DNA of 64,000 nucleotides. It comes from the human T2T-CHM13v2.0 reference genome, Homo sapiens. A program made the position numbers and the translations under genes. Each line of letters opens with the position of its first letter. Position 1 is the first letter of the stretch. The notes below the pieces were generated by a model that was not told the DNA's origin, ran no database searches, and saw only the letters and a program-made list of their open reading frames with translations. Below are positions 28,292-41,128 of this stretch, in pieces. Where the stretch lies: the NCBI RefSeq assembly GCF_009914755.1, contig NC_060930.1; one strand, 5' to 3'.

Positions 28292-31200
28292 TATTATTTA
28301 TTTTATTTTTTAATTGATGTATTATAATTATACATATTTATGGGTACAATTTGATGTTTTCATACAAATATATGTTTTATAATGATCAAATCAAGGTATT
28401 TAGTGTATTTATTACCTAGTGCATTTATCTTTTTTTTGTGGTGGAAATATTCAAAAGTCCTTCTTCTAGCTATTTTACTGTTAACAATTGTCACAATATG
28501 TTTTATAATGATCAAATCAAGGTATTTAGTGTATTTATTACCTCGTGCATTTATCTTTTTTTGTGGTGGAAGTATTCAAAAGTCCTTCTTCTAGCTATTT
28601 TACTGTTAACAATTGTCACACTACTGTGCAATAGAACACCAGAACTTATTCCTCCTATCTAATTGTAACTATGTACCTGTTGACCAAATTTTCCTCATCT
28701 TCCTTTTACTTTTCTGCTCCCCAGTCTCTGGTAATCCTTGTTATACTCTGCTTCTATAATATCAACTATGTTTTTTAAGAGTTAGATTATATTTGTATTT
28801 CTGATTCAGGCTTATTTCACTTAATATCTCCCGGTTCACCCATGTTGTTGCAAATCAATAAATTTCATTCTTTTTTATGGCTGAATAGAATTCATTTGCG
28901 TATACACATAACACTTCCTTTGTCCATTCATCGGCTTGTGGATGCTTAGGTTGACTTCCTATCTAGCCTATTGTAAATAGTGCTGCAATAAACATGGGAG
29001 TGTAGATATCTCTGCAACCTATTGATTTTATTTCCTTTGGATATATACTTAGTACTGGGATTGGTGGATAATATACTACTTCCATTTTTAAATTTTATTC
29101 TTCTATTTTTATTTTTTGTAATGGTTGTACTAATTTATGATCCTACCAATGGTGTGTAAATCTTCCCTTTCTCCACATCCTTGCCCACATTTGTTTTCTT
29201 TTGCCTTTTTGGTAGCAGCCATTTTAACTGGAATGAAGTAGTATCTCTCATTGTGGTTTTGATTTGCACTTCCCTGTTGGTTAGCGGTGGTGGGCATTGT
29301 TTTACTGTACCTGTTGGCCATTTGAATGTCTTCTTTTGCTACATGTTTATTAAGGACATTTGCTCATTTGCAAATTGGGTTATTTGGTTTTTTGTTTTTG
29401 TTTTTGCTGTTAAGTCTTCTGTATATTCTAAATAGTCACTCTTTGTCAGATGTATAGTTTGCAAATATTTTCTCCTATTCATTTTCTCCTCTTCCTTCTG
29501 CTGTTTCCTTTGCTGTGCAAAAGCTTTGTAGCTTGATGTAATCTCATTTTTCTACTTTTGCTTGTGTTGCTTCTGATTTTGAGGTCTTATTTTAAAAGTC
29601 TTTGCCCACTTCATGCTCCGAAGCATTTCTCTTGTTTCCTTTAGTAGTTTCATTATTTCAGGATTTACATTTAAATTTTTATCAATTTTTAGCTGATTTT
29701 CTTAATATGGCAGGAGGTAAGGGCCTAGTCTCATTCTTCTCCATGTGGATATCCAACATTCCCAGAACAATTTGTACATTAAATTGTCTTTTCCCTCATG
29801 TATGTTCTTGTCCTCTTTGTTAAAAATCAGTTGGCTGTAGGTGGATAAATTTATTTCTTTAGAGTTTTCCACATAGATTATGTCATCTGCAAATAGAGAC
29901 AATATGATGTCCTTCTTTCTAATTTGGATGCCCTTTATTTCTTTCTCTTGCCTGATTTCTGTGACTAGGACTTCTATTATTATGTTCAATAAAGCTGGTG
30001 ACAGCAGGCATCCTTGTCTTGTTTCAGTTCTTAGAGAAAATGCTTTCAGCTTTTCTTCATTCTCTATGCTATTAGCTGTGAGTTTGTCATGTATGGACTT
30101 TATTGTGTTGAAGTACGTTATTTTTAAACCTATTTTTTGTAGCGTTTTTGTGAGTTTTTATTATGAAAAAACTTTAAATCATCATTTTTTTTGGCATCTG
30201 TTTAAACAATCATATGTTTTCTGTCTTTCTTTTTGTTAGGATGGTGTATCAAATTTGTTGATTTGTGTATATTGAACTATCCTTACATTCCTGGGATGAA
30301 TCCCACCTGATTATATTAAATCATCTTTTTAATGCGTTGTTGAATTTGGTTTGCTAGTGTCTTGATGAGAATCTTAGAATCTATATTCATCAGAAATATT
30401 GGCTTGTAGTTTCCTTTGTTGTTGTTATGTTCTTGTCTGGTTTTGGAATCATGGTTTTGCTAGCCTTGAAAAATAAGTTTGGATATATTCTCTTCTCTTT
30501 AATTTTCTTCAATAGTTTGAAGAGAATTAGTATTATTTCTTCTTTAAACTTTTGGTAGAGTTCAGCAGTGAAGCCATCAGGTCCAGGGCTTTTCTTTTAT
30601 GGATCACTTTTTATTACTGATTTTATTTCCTCAGTCATTATTGGTTTGTTCAGATTTTCTCTTTCTTCATAATTTAATTTTGATAGGTTATATGTGTTCA
30701 GGGAATTTATAAACTTCTAATGTTTTTAATTTTTTGGCATATAGTTGTTCATAGTAGTTTCTTATGATCATTTTTATTTTTATTTCTGTGGTATCAGTTG
30801 TTATGTCTCCTTTTGTAATCTCCTATTTTATTTATTTTGATCTTTTTTTATTCTTAGTTTCACTAGTTTTGTTGATTTCATTTATCATTTCAAAAAACTA
30901 ACTCTCCATTCTGTTGTTGTTTTGAATTTTTTTATTTCTTTCTTCTACCATTTTGGGGTTTGGTTTGTTCTTGTTCTTCTGTTTTCTTGAGGTGCATAAT
31001 CAGGTTGTTTATTAGAACCTTTCTTCTGTTTGATGTGGGAGTTTAGTGCTATGAACTTTTCTCTTAGAATTGCTTTTGCTGTGCCTTATAGGTTTTGGTG
31101 TATTCATTCTCATTTGTGTCAATTTATTTTCCTTTTAACTTCTTCATTGATCCATTGGTTTTTTAGTGGAATATTGTTTAATTTCCTTGTATCGGTAAGA

Positions 31201-31885
31201 TTTCCAAAGTATTTATTGTTGTGATTTATAGTTTAAACTTCTTAAATTTGTTAATACTTGTTTTGTGGCCTAATATGTTATTTTTCCCGGGAAATATTCC
31301 ATATGCAGTTGAGAAAAATGTTTATTTTGTAGCTGATGGATGAAATGGTCTGTAAATGTTTACAGATCTATTTGGTCTACAGTGCAGTTTAATTCCAATG
31401 TATCTTTGTTGATTTTCTATCTAGATGTTCTGTCCTTTGTTGAAAAGTGGGATGCTGAAATCCCCTATTATTATATTATAGTCTACCCCTTCCCTCCTTT
31501 TAGATATATTAATAGTTGCTTTACGTATGTGTGTGTTCTGAAATTGGGTACATAGATATTTACAATTGTTATGTCCTCTTTAAAGTGATTATTTCATTAA
31601 TACATAATGGCCTTCTTTTCCGTTCATAGTTTTTTACTTGGTCTATTTAATCTCATATAAAAATGACCACTCCAGCTCACTTTTGGTTTCCATTTGCATG
31701 AAATATCTTTTTCTATCCCTTCACTTGCAGTCTATGCCCACCTTTAAGGGTGAAGTGAATCTCTCATAGACAGCAAATAGGCTTTTTATAATCCATTAAG
31801 CCACTCTCTATCTTTTGATTGAAGAGCTTAATCCATTTATATTTAAGGTTATTATTGACCATAAGGATTTACTACTGTCATTCCA
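28292..31885 (-). mobile_element. L1MA-type (about L1MA6-8) LINE-1, ORF2 start to 3' end, with an internal deletion
   Basis: L1MA 3' end (aatgatcaaatcaaggtatttag; gcaatagaacaccagaacttattcctcc); ORF 29702-29989 contains LSLFADD; ORF2 start-like sequence near 31881. Confidence 0.9.
28370..28620. repeat. Tandem duplication of ~126 bp
   Basis: Copies 28370-28495 and 28496-28620 differ by 2 substitutions and one T-run indel. Confidence 0.95.
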
Positions 31886-32060
31886 TAAAAATATCATTTT
31901 ACTTTGATAAAATGATTTTTTATCTCATGAGCTTGTCTGACCAAAGTTGTTATGTTAAAATATGAGAATAAGAGAGGAGATGTCAGCATAGATACCAGAT
32001 CTATTGCTGGTAATTCATATGGTGTCAATAATTTTGATTCTTTTTAAAATTCTATTTCCC

Positions 32061-32391
32061 TTTCTTTCTCTTTCTTTCTTTCTTTCTTTCCTCTTTCTTT
32101 CTTTTCTTTTTTCTTTTTGATACAGGGTTTTGCTCTGTCACCCAGGCATGATCACATGTACAGCGGCATATTCACAGCTCACTGCAGCCTTGAACTCCTC
32201 AAGTGATCATCCCACCTCAGCTTCCCAATTAGCTAGGACTAACCACAAACACATCTAGCTAATTCTTTATTTTTTGTAGGACAGGGTCTCACTGTGTTGC
32301 CAGACTGGTCTTGAACTTCTGGGCTCAAGCAGTTTTCTTACTTCAGACTCCCAAAATGCTGGGATTACAGGCATGAGCCACAGCATCAACC
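32061..32391 (-). mobile_element. AluJ with (CTTT)n tail
   Basis: Diverged antisense Alu dimer (cacagctcactgcagccttgaactcct; ttctgggctcaagc); degenerate TSD ttctatttc/ttatatttc. Confidence 0.9.
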
Positions 32392-33204
32392 TTATATTTC
32401 TTTTTTTTTTCTTTTAAGACTTTTGAAAATCTTACAACACTGATAAAATTGCCTCATCCTTTCACAAGCTGTTCTTTATTTATGGAATGTTTATTAGTGT
32501 TTTATAAAATATTAAACACATGCTCTATTGAAGCCTGTTTGTAATGAGATTAAAGCAATTAAGTAATTAGAAAAGCATGTTTGAACATGCTGAATAAACT
32601 TTGCTGAAATAAATAATTTATTTATTTTTATTGAATATATTATATATATGAATATATTATATATGAATATATTAATTTTTGTCAACCTCACTGTTTTTAT
32701 GTATTTGACAACATAAATTTATCTGAATGTTAATATACAGGGTAAAGTGGTTCACCATCCTCAGGTGCTCATGTATTTATCTCATTTCAAGTGCTCTTTT
32801 TTTTTTTTTTTTTTTTTTGCTACTGAGTAAGTGATATACAAACAGAAATAAGCTCTTGGTACAAACACTCGGTCTTAGTACTTCAAGTCCTTTCTTCCAG
32901 TTTATTACTGCCAAAGCAATAATAAATCTATGATTCTGGTTGTTAGGTAGAAATAAAGGCACTCGGCTTTTCACCATTTCCCTGTGGTGAAGGAAAGAGG
33001 GGATGGAGAGGAGGTGGAGAAGTATCATCAAATTGAAGACAGTAATATTGTTTATGGGAAGAAGTATAGCACAACTCTACAACTCTATAAAGTACAGAAG
33101 CTTTTTATTATTCTCTTTGCCCTTTCTCATTTCCTGAAATAACCCTTCTGCCCACATCAAAGTCCACCTAATCCTAGAAGCCACAGCCACAGTCTATTTA
33201 TTTA

Positions 33205-33521
<317 letters not shown>

Positions 33522-33586
33522 TATTTCTTTAACATTCTCACCAGAACACATTAAGTATTTGATACATTAGGAAACCAATAACTCAT

Positions 33587-33875
33587 TTTTTTTGTTTATT
33601 TGTTTGTTTGTTTTGAGACGGAGTCTCGCTCTGTCGCCCAGGCTGGAGTGCAGTTGGCGCAGTCTTGGCTCACTGCAAGCTCCGCCTCCTGAGTTCATGC
33701 CATTCTCCTGCCTCAGCCTCCCTAGCACTACACCCGGCTAATTTTTTTCGTATTTTTAGTAGAGACGGGGTTTCACCGTGTTATCCAGGATGGTCTGGAT
33801 CTCCTAACCTCGTGATCTGCCCATCTTGGCCTCCCAAAGTGCTGGGATTACAGGCGTGAGCCACCATGCCTGGCC
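33587..33875 (-). mobile_element. AluY with a short internal deletion
   Basis: Y diagnostics ctgcaagctccgcc, gccattctcc, caccgtgtta; roughly 20-25 bp missing near 33725; TSD aactcatt/gttt at 33580 and 33876. Confidence 0.93.
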
Positions 33876-34639
33876 AACTCATGTTTAAAGGATAAAGTTT
33901 TTGTTTTCTGGAATGGTTGAAAGCCATGATAAAAAGGGATATACTGTCGTAAAGAAATGTGAGGTAAGAGCATTTTTAAGTAAAATCTTCCAAAATATTG
34001 CTTCCTTGGCATTTCTACGAATAGAAAGATGAATATGTTTCTATTTAAAATGATCTATATAAAGTAAAAAATAAGGTCATTTTCACATATCACTGGAATT
34101 CTCTATAAATCTTAATGAAGAAATATCTGAGTTGATTGAGTTCTGGGGAATGGTTATGAAACTTTGAAGGTAAATACAAAACATGATTTCTTCAGCTCTA
34201 GCAGCTGTTCTGTCTGATGCCCATTACAATCCACAGCCCTCAAGACCAGTCACATAGTGAGTCCTGGACCAAGCCTGACAAAGGCAGGATCCATCAACGT
34301 TACAGCCCTAACTTCTCATCAGGCTGCATATTAATGTATTCATTCAGATTTGGTGCATGCTGACTGATATTTATTCTCTTGGGCTTTGTTTATTTGCCTT
34401 ATAAAGGGAAAATTACTTAGAAAATACTAATAATTCCTGAAAAAAAAAAACTGGAACTGTATTATGATCAAAATAGTCTGCCCTGGTCACACCCCATCCC
34501 AAATATTCTGTTAAGGGTATTATGTATTGAAGGATATTCTAAAACCAAGTTTTGTTCCTACTTAAAGTAGAAAGGTTTAGTAAGTCTAGAATATTATGCC
34601 TGCTTATCACTGTTTTTTGAAATTTCTTCATTTTACTAG

Positions 34640-34900
34640 AGGTTCAGATACAATTGTATTGTCTGTGAAGTCTTCCTATCAAATTGAACCTAGAGTAATG
34701 GCCTCCATTTCTCAACTGCTAAAGCACATTCTGTCTCAACCTTTAATTAGATATTTACTAAAGAGTTTTCATTAAATTTTTATACATGTATGTCATCTCA
34801 AAAGTGAGACAAAGTCAGTGCTAGTTTTTATTATTTCATTGTATGTGTCTTAAGACTTTCATGTAACAGGCATTTAATATAGATCTAATAAATGAGTAAA
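34640..34900 (+). mobile_element. L2 3' end fragment
   Basis: ctgtgaagtcttcct...catgtaacaggcatttaatatag...aataaatgagtaa resembles the L2 terminus. Confidence 0.5.
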
Positions 34901-35335
34901 CATTTTTCCATTATGCATTTAAATCCATGACATTTCATTCCCAGTTCTACTTACTAATCCTATAATTAAGAATGCATGTGGATATTATTTATGGGAAGTC
35001 TATTCAAATTTCTGAATTTAACTCATTTTGTAATTAATAACAAGATAGAAAAAGAAGATAAGACTGGTCATGGAGGTGAAAATAAAGTCATTTTGAAAGT
35101 GTCAACAACATAGTTCATGGTGGCAAATTTTAAAAAGGCCACGAGCCCAGGATTAAAATCTTCACAGCAAGAGACAATCACTTTTAAGTTTGTATACCCT
35201 ATTTCTTGCTGGTTCCAGGCTTTTGGTTATTTCATTGATTTCAGCAGGAAGAGAAAGAAAGATAAAGTGTATTTATAATTTCACTGTGATTCTCAGAGAA
35301 TCATTCTTTTCATGGCTACATTTTACCATGAAAGA

Positions 35336-35478
35336 CAGTGCTTCTCAAACTTTAAAGTATATAAAAATTCCCTGAAAGATTGTTAAGATCAAATTCTAAG
35401 GTCTTACCCACAGAGATTCTGATGTGACCAGTTGTTGATGGGGCCTGGAAATCTGCATTTATCAAGAACCTGAGAACT
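35336..35478. mobile_element. MER5-type hAT-Charlie element
   Basis: cagtgcttctcaaacttta...cagagattctgat...tggggcctggaaatctgcattt. Confidence 0.75.
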
Positions 35479-35931
35479 AGTCCATTGGTTTTTGACCCTA
35501 AACTACTTCCCTAAATGATATGACTTCATATATAATTGAATTGGCTGTACCACTACTTGCATATGCCAGAAATTATATAGATACGGATACAAACATAGAT
35601 ATAAATATATGTAATGATAGATATAAATATCAAGTATTTTCTTTGGTTACCTGTAATTCTTGGTGTCACCCATGTGCTCTAACTTTAACAGATCAACAAT
35701 ACTGTTTTGTTCTGTTTGTTGACGTTTACTTGCCAGGTAGTTTCCTACCGAGAGTTAAAACTACATCATGGGTCTTGAAGAGGTTTGAGGAAAGTGAGAC
35801 AGTTTATAAGAGCTATATAGAGTTGTAATTCTTTCTGAGGCTCAGATGGCTATCATGGTGTAAGTATGAAATAAAAAAAACAATGAATGTACAGCAAAAA
35901 ATATGCTTTCTAGTTATTACAGTGTCAATTT

Positions 35932-36093
35932 GTTTTTTGTTTTTTTTTTTGAGACAGGGTCTCTCTGTGTCTCCAAGGCTGGAGTGCAGTGGCGTGATCA
36001 TAACTAACTACAGTCTCAAACTCCTGGGCTCAAGGGGTCCTCCCGCCTCAGCCTCCTGAGCTAGGACCACAGGTATACACCACTATGCCCTAC
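35932..36093 (-). mobile_element. Free right Alu monomer (FRAM or truncated AluJ)
   Basis: Single right arm with a 17-bp TSD, tattacagtgtcaattt (35915-35931) / tattatggtgtcacttt (36094-36110). Confidence 0.88.
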
Positions 36094-36129
36094 TATTATG
36101 GTGTCACTTTTATATAAGACATTGATTTT

Positions 36130-36225
36130 TTTTCCTTATGTAAAATAGATAATAACTACACTGCCTGGGTTGTTGAGACTAAAATGAAAAAGTGTATGTG
36201 AATAATCTTGTGAATGCAAAATATA
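36130..36225 (+). mobile_element. MIR fragment
   Basis: ttccttatgtaaaatagataataac...gggttgttgagactaaaatga...gtatgtgaa. Confidence 0.55.
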
Positions 36226-37831
36226 CTTTCATCTACAGCACTGTGCCTTCCAAAAAAAGATAGTTTGTGTCTTTGATTGACAATCGCAAATCTAAAGACT
36301 AAAACATGTTTGAAAATTAAACAAAGCATGAGGTCTGAAAATGTTCCAGTCTATATTATCTCATCAACTATTGAATATTTTATATCCAGGAAGTTTCTTA
36401 TTACATTTTTTTCATTTGAGTAGCTCTTATGTTAGAAAAAAAACTCTAAATTGTGTTCCTTTGGAGAATTTGAAATAATATACAGCTTATCTATGGTTAT
36501 ATTTTTCCATTCGGAAAAAAAAGACATAAACTTCATCAACCTGGAAGAAATATTCTCATGTGTTAAAATAGAGGCAAACACAGAATTCACAGGAATTATC
36601 TAAACCTAATTCTTTAATCCAAACCATCTCCCTTAGGGTGTTTGCTACAATTTGTGAGCAACTTTAAATAATTTTTTAAACTAAGTCACCAGACCATTCA
36701 GTGCATAGCTCAGAGCACAGAGGTGTGTGCCTGAGGTAAGTTTAGACACGTGTCATCCTTTTTGAATGTGGCATGCCTAATGTGACTGCTCCCTCAAGGT
36801 AAGGAGACTTCATATTTCAGTATAATTAAATATGAGAACTCATCTAAACATAAAATATAAGCCCTAAACAATGTGAACATTTATGGCCAAATATAATTAT
36901 ATTGCTTCTCAAAATAAATACTTTCACTCAGAACTTCTAGATTTCCTGTGGTGCTATAAGTGATAATCCTGGAAGTGTGATTATTTTTAAATAAAACTTG
37001 ATTTTTATAACAATAAAGGAAATAAATTATGTACTCCAGCTTCTTCAAGGTTTATATTGAACTCTAATACCGCATAAAGCATGTTGTACCACTGATGTAA
37101 AATACAAAGCATAAACAAAGTAGACATTTATAGCCAAATATAATTCTATTGTCAAACAAAAATAGTTGCTTTTTATTCAGCACTTCTGGATTATTTTCCT
37201 AGCTCATGGCTTTATGATTATATTCAAAGTGTGCTCACTGTATTGAATTGAATTAATTATATCATCACTTCCTTATTCTGATAATATGCATGTCTGGAGA
37301 CCATATTATCAGGCATTGATGAGAATTCAAGCTTTCAATCTATTCTCTCAGTCTGATTACTGAGATTACTGAGTGCTATCCCAGCTGTAGATGTATTAGA
37401 ATAAAAAATATTAATTTTTTCAAAAAGTTAATGATCATGGAACATTCGGGGGTGCTAATGACACTGGAATATGCTGAGGCAAACATTTTAAGGTACATGT
37501 CTTAATGGTAAAACGCTTTATTAATTCTCGAAAAGTTAAAGCCTTGCCACGGTAAATGCCAGACCATTCTGTGACATCCATGAAGGAGCCTGTGAAATTC
37601 TCATTAGTTACAGTGGAGCATTTCTAAAAACACGATGAGTCTGAAAGTGACATGATAGGGAAACTGCTTACTACCTAGCCTCAACAAAGCAGCACCATTT
37701 AACATTTTGAAAGTTTCCTAGAGAAGTGGCTTTTAGAATGGAGAAACCACGAACAGCTTCAATTGTACCCCCTAAACTTTTACTATATGACCTGAGTTAA
37801 GGTCATTGAAGCACAGCATTCAAAAGCAAAC

Positions 37832-37945
37832 AAGAAGAAGAGGAAGAGGAAGAGGAGGACGAGGAGGAGGAAGAGGAGGAGGAGGAGGAGAAAGGGGAGT
37901 AGGAGGAAGGGGAGGAGGAGGAGGACGAGGAGGAGGAGAAGAAAA
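37832..37945. repeat. (GAG/GGA)n purine-rich low-complexity tract
   Basis: Read directly; nearly all purines over ~114 bp. Confidence 0.95.
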
Positions 37946-38309
37946 TAGCAAATATTTGGAATAAGAGCTGTTTTCAGGGTAAGGTTGTTTGTGACTTCAG
38001 CCACAAAAACAGAAGCTTTAACAAGATTTTACAAGACAGTAAGTTGATGTCAGGACACCATCTCTACCTACAGATGAGAAAAAAGAATCCAAAGATATTT
38101 ACATTTTTATCCAAAAATCAAAATATGATTAGTGATTGATATCTCTTGAAGCTTTGTCTTGTCTTCTGTAAAGGTAACTAGAAACTGCCCAGGAATTCTC
38201 TAGTTTAATTTTGACATTCTGAATTGTTCAGATGAAAATTCTTTGAATTCTACTTATCATACAGCTTTTACACGATTTAGATTCACTAAACATGCTCTAT
38301 TAGAAATAT

Positions 38310-38510
38310 CAAGCCTGCGTTGTAGAGTCAGAAACTTCTAGATTCAAACCCCAAAGTCTCTGAAACAAAGCTTTAGTTTCCCCATATGTAAAATGAACTC
38401 AATAATCTCTATTTTCTGGCATAATTTTGAGGCCTAAGTGAGATAATATATGTGAAAACATCTCGATCTGTGCCTGGCTCATTGCAGATAATACACAAAT
38501 GATATTTTCT
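38310..38510 (+). mobile_element. MIR
   Basis: gagtcagaaac...gattcaaaccc...agtttccccatatgtaaaatg...aagtgagataatatatgtgaaa...gtgcctggc. Confidence 0.75.
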
Positions 38511-39130
38511 CATTCTCTAGCTAATAGTAATTATATTATCAGATACAGATTTATGTCAACATATTCTATTACAATGTATAACACTACTGAAGAATATCAG
38601 AAAAACAAAAATGCCCAAAAGTATTTAGGAAACTGTGGAGAAACATTCAGTAAATAGGACTCAATGTAGTAAATATTTTTTTCTGAAACTGAAACATGAG
38701 TAGTGGGGAAACAGCTGATCTAGATAAGTTGTCTCCATTATGTAAAAATTCACACAGCATCTCTGACCCTCAGCTTCCCTCTCCATAAAACATTAATAAT
38801 AATATTTACCAGTGAGGGCTATTATCCGTCCTAAAGAAGAAAGTCTTTATTGCTTGGAGAATGCTATATTAATCTGTCAATTTTACCCATAATTTAAAAC
38901 AACGCTCAACAATTTGAATTTAGGTAAAGTGGAGTAAATTTCTACATTTTATGTAGACTCCGTAATTTTTTCTTACCTTCCCTTTTTTTTGTGGGTTTCT
39001 TAGAACTGTAAGAGTAAAACATTAATATATTTTAGATTATATTTTATTACATATTACTGTAGCACTTTGTGTTATATTTAAGTTTGCACACCTGTGTATC
39101 TCATTCACTCTATTTCACACTCTTAAGATA

Positions 39131-39325
39131 TGTGGCCACAGCAATAACTTTCACCTTCACATGTTCCTGTACACTGTGACCTTGACATAGCCCTGTCAAG
39201 AGGTTTAACCCCATCCACTTAAATCTGGGAAGATTTGTAACTACTTTGAGCAATGTGGAAATGACTCCATGTGATTTCTGAGACTAGGTCATTAAAGAAA
39301 ATATGGCCTCCTTTTTGTCAGTAAG
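39131..39325 (+). mobile_element. MLT1F/G/H-type MaLR LTR fragment
   Basis: gtgaccttgac...cctgtcaagagg...cacttaaatctggg...gtgatttctgagactaggtcatta. Confidence 0.6.
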
Positions 39326-39362
39326 AATATTGTTATTATTTTCATATTATAAAGCAAATTCC

Positions 39363-39658
39363 GGCTGGGCGCAGTGGCTTACTCATGAGAGCACTTTGGG
39401 AGACCGAGGTGGGCGGATCACGAGGTCAGGAGTTTGAGACCAGCCTGACCAACATGGTGAAACCCCATCTCTACTAAAAATACAAAAATTAGCTGGGAGT
39501 GGTGGCAGGTGCCTGTAATCCTGCTACTCAGGAGGCTGAGGCAGGAGAATCGTTTGAACACGGGAGGCGGAGGTAGCAGTGAGCTGAGATCACACTACTG
39601 CACTCCAGCCTGGGTGACACAGTGAGACTCTGAGTCAAAAAAAAAAAAAAAAAAAAAA
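39363..39658 (+). mobile_element. AluSg-type Alu
   Basis: ggatcacgaggtcaggagtttgagaccagcctg; perfect 12-bp TSD aaagcaaattcc (39351-39362, 39656-39667). Confidence 0.94.
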
Positions 39659-40125
39659 GCAAATTCCAAAAACACCTTATTAATAAGAGGATAAATTAGA
39701 TTAATTCTAAAAATCTTCCAAGCTTGTGCTTCTCTGTTACATGTCAACAAGGCTATGGTACTCACCAGTAATGACATTTAACACTGAGCTTTATTAGTTG
39801 CATTAAGATCAGATGAAGTAAAATAAAATTATCTGAATTATTTACTTAGTATAACAACAGGGAAAGGAAAACTAGGCCAATGCCTAAAGTCTATTTTTTA
39901 CTCTATCAATTTAAATATTAATTCTAATATGCTTACGAATACATTCTGACTTCTTTGTAGGGTCAGAAAGCTAAAAACAAAAGGGAAATTTGTGGATTTC
40001 TCTCTCCTCTATATAGGTTAACAACTATTTCTTATGTTAAGCCCTGAGAAATTTGGAATTCACAAATATCTATGAGATAAAAACCAAATTTCCTACAATT
40101 CAGTTAAACTACTGTGATTCTCCTC

Positions 40126-40506
40126 TGTATTAGCCCGTTCTCACACTGCTATAGACAAATACCTGAGACTGGGTAATTTATATATATAAAAAAAGGTCTA
40201 ATTGTCTCACTAATCCTGCAGGCTGTGTAGGAAGCATGGCTGGGAGGCCCCAGATGGTAGAAGGCAAAGGAGAATCAGACGCATCTTACATAACCATGAC
40301 CGAAGCAGGAGGAAGAGAGGGTGAGGGGGGAGATGCCACACACTTTTAAACAACCAGATCTCACAATAAACCACTATCAGGAGGACAGCACTAAAGGGGA
40401 AATCCACTCTCATGATCCAATCTCTTCCCCCGAGTCCCCATCTCCATCACTGGAGATTATAATTTAACATGAGATTTGGGCCGGGACACAGACCCAAACC
40501 AAATTA
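40126..40506 (-). mobile_element. MSTA-type solo MaLR LTR
   Basis: tgtattagcccgttctcacactgctata...ccacacacttttaaacaaccagatctc...catgagatttgggccgggacacagacccaaacc; TSD tcctc/ttctc. Confidence 0.88.
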
Positions 40507-40604
40507 TTCTCCCAGTACTCTGATGAATGATACATAGTCCAGATCAACTTAGAATACTCACTTCTATCTATTGAGTCACAGTCCACAGTAAACTCTGTAA
40601 GACT

Positions 40605-41128
40605 CCCACAATTATTGATTTTGAGTGTTGACTAGATTAAGAGATACTCATATATTTGGTAAAGCATTATTTATTCTCAATGCTTCAGTAAGCATTCAGC
40701 CCATCTTTCTTCTGCTGAAGGAGAAACCCAAGTGGTTTTGCTTTTGATTAGAATGACTGGGCTGCCCAAGATGTACCAGTGAAGCTGGTTCCAGAGGAAC
40801 TCAGCATGTGAGTCAGTGGACTGAGTGGAGATGATCCACTCTCAATGTGGGTGGGCGCCATTCAATCAGCTGAGGCCAAAAGAAACAAAAAGACAGACAA
40901 AGGTGAATTCTTGGTACGTCTTCTGGAGTAGGAATTCTCTTCTCCTGCCCTCAGACCTCCAGGTTCTCTAGCTTTTGAAATTTGGGAACTTTGGGAACTG
41001 AGCCATCAGTCTCCCAAATCTCACGTCTTCAGGCTCAAACTTTGAGTTTGCCAATGGCATCCTTGGTTCTGAGGCCTTTGGCCTCGGACTGAGCCATGCT
41101 GCCAGCTTCCCTGTTTCTCCAGCTTGCT
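40605..41128 (+). mobile_element. MLT2B-type ERVL LTR, 3'-truncated
   Basis: tggtaaagcattatt...gtgagtcagtggactgagtggag...ctcaatgtgggtgggcgccat...gaggcctttggcctcggactgagccatgct...ctccagcttgc. Confidence 0.85.

Noticed and set aside
32632-32673. tgaatatattatata x3, and similar tiny duplications at ~52493-52533 and ~58772-58800
   Set aside because: Common slippage products in AT-rich DNA.
37783-38004. Poly-Leu 'signal peptide/transmembrane' ORF
   Set aside because: Antisense translation of the GGA repeat.
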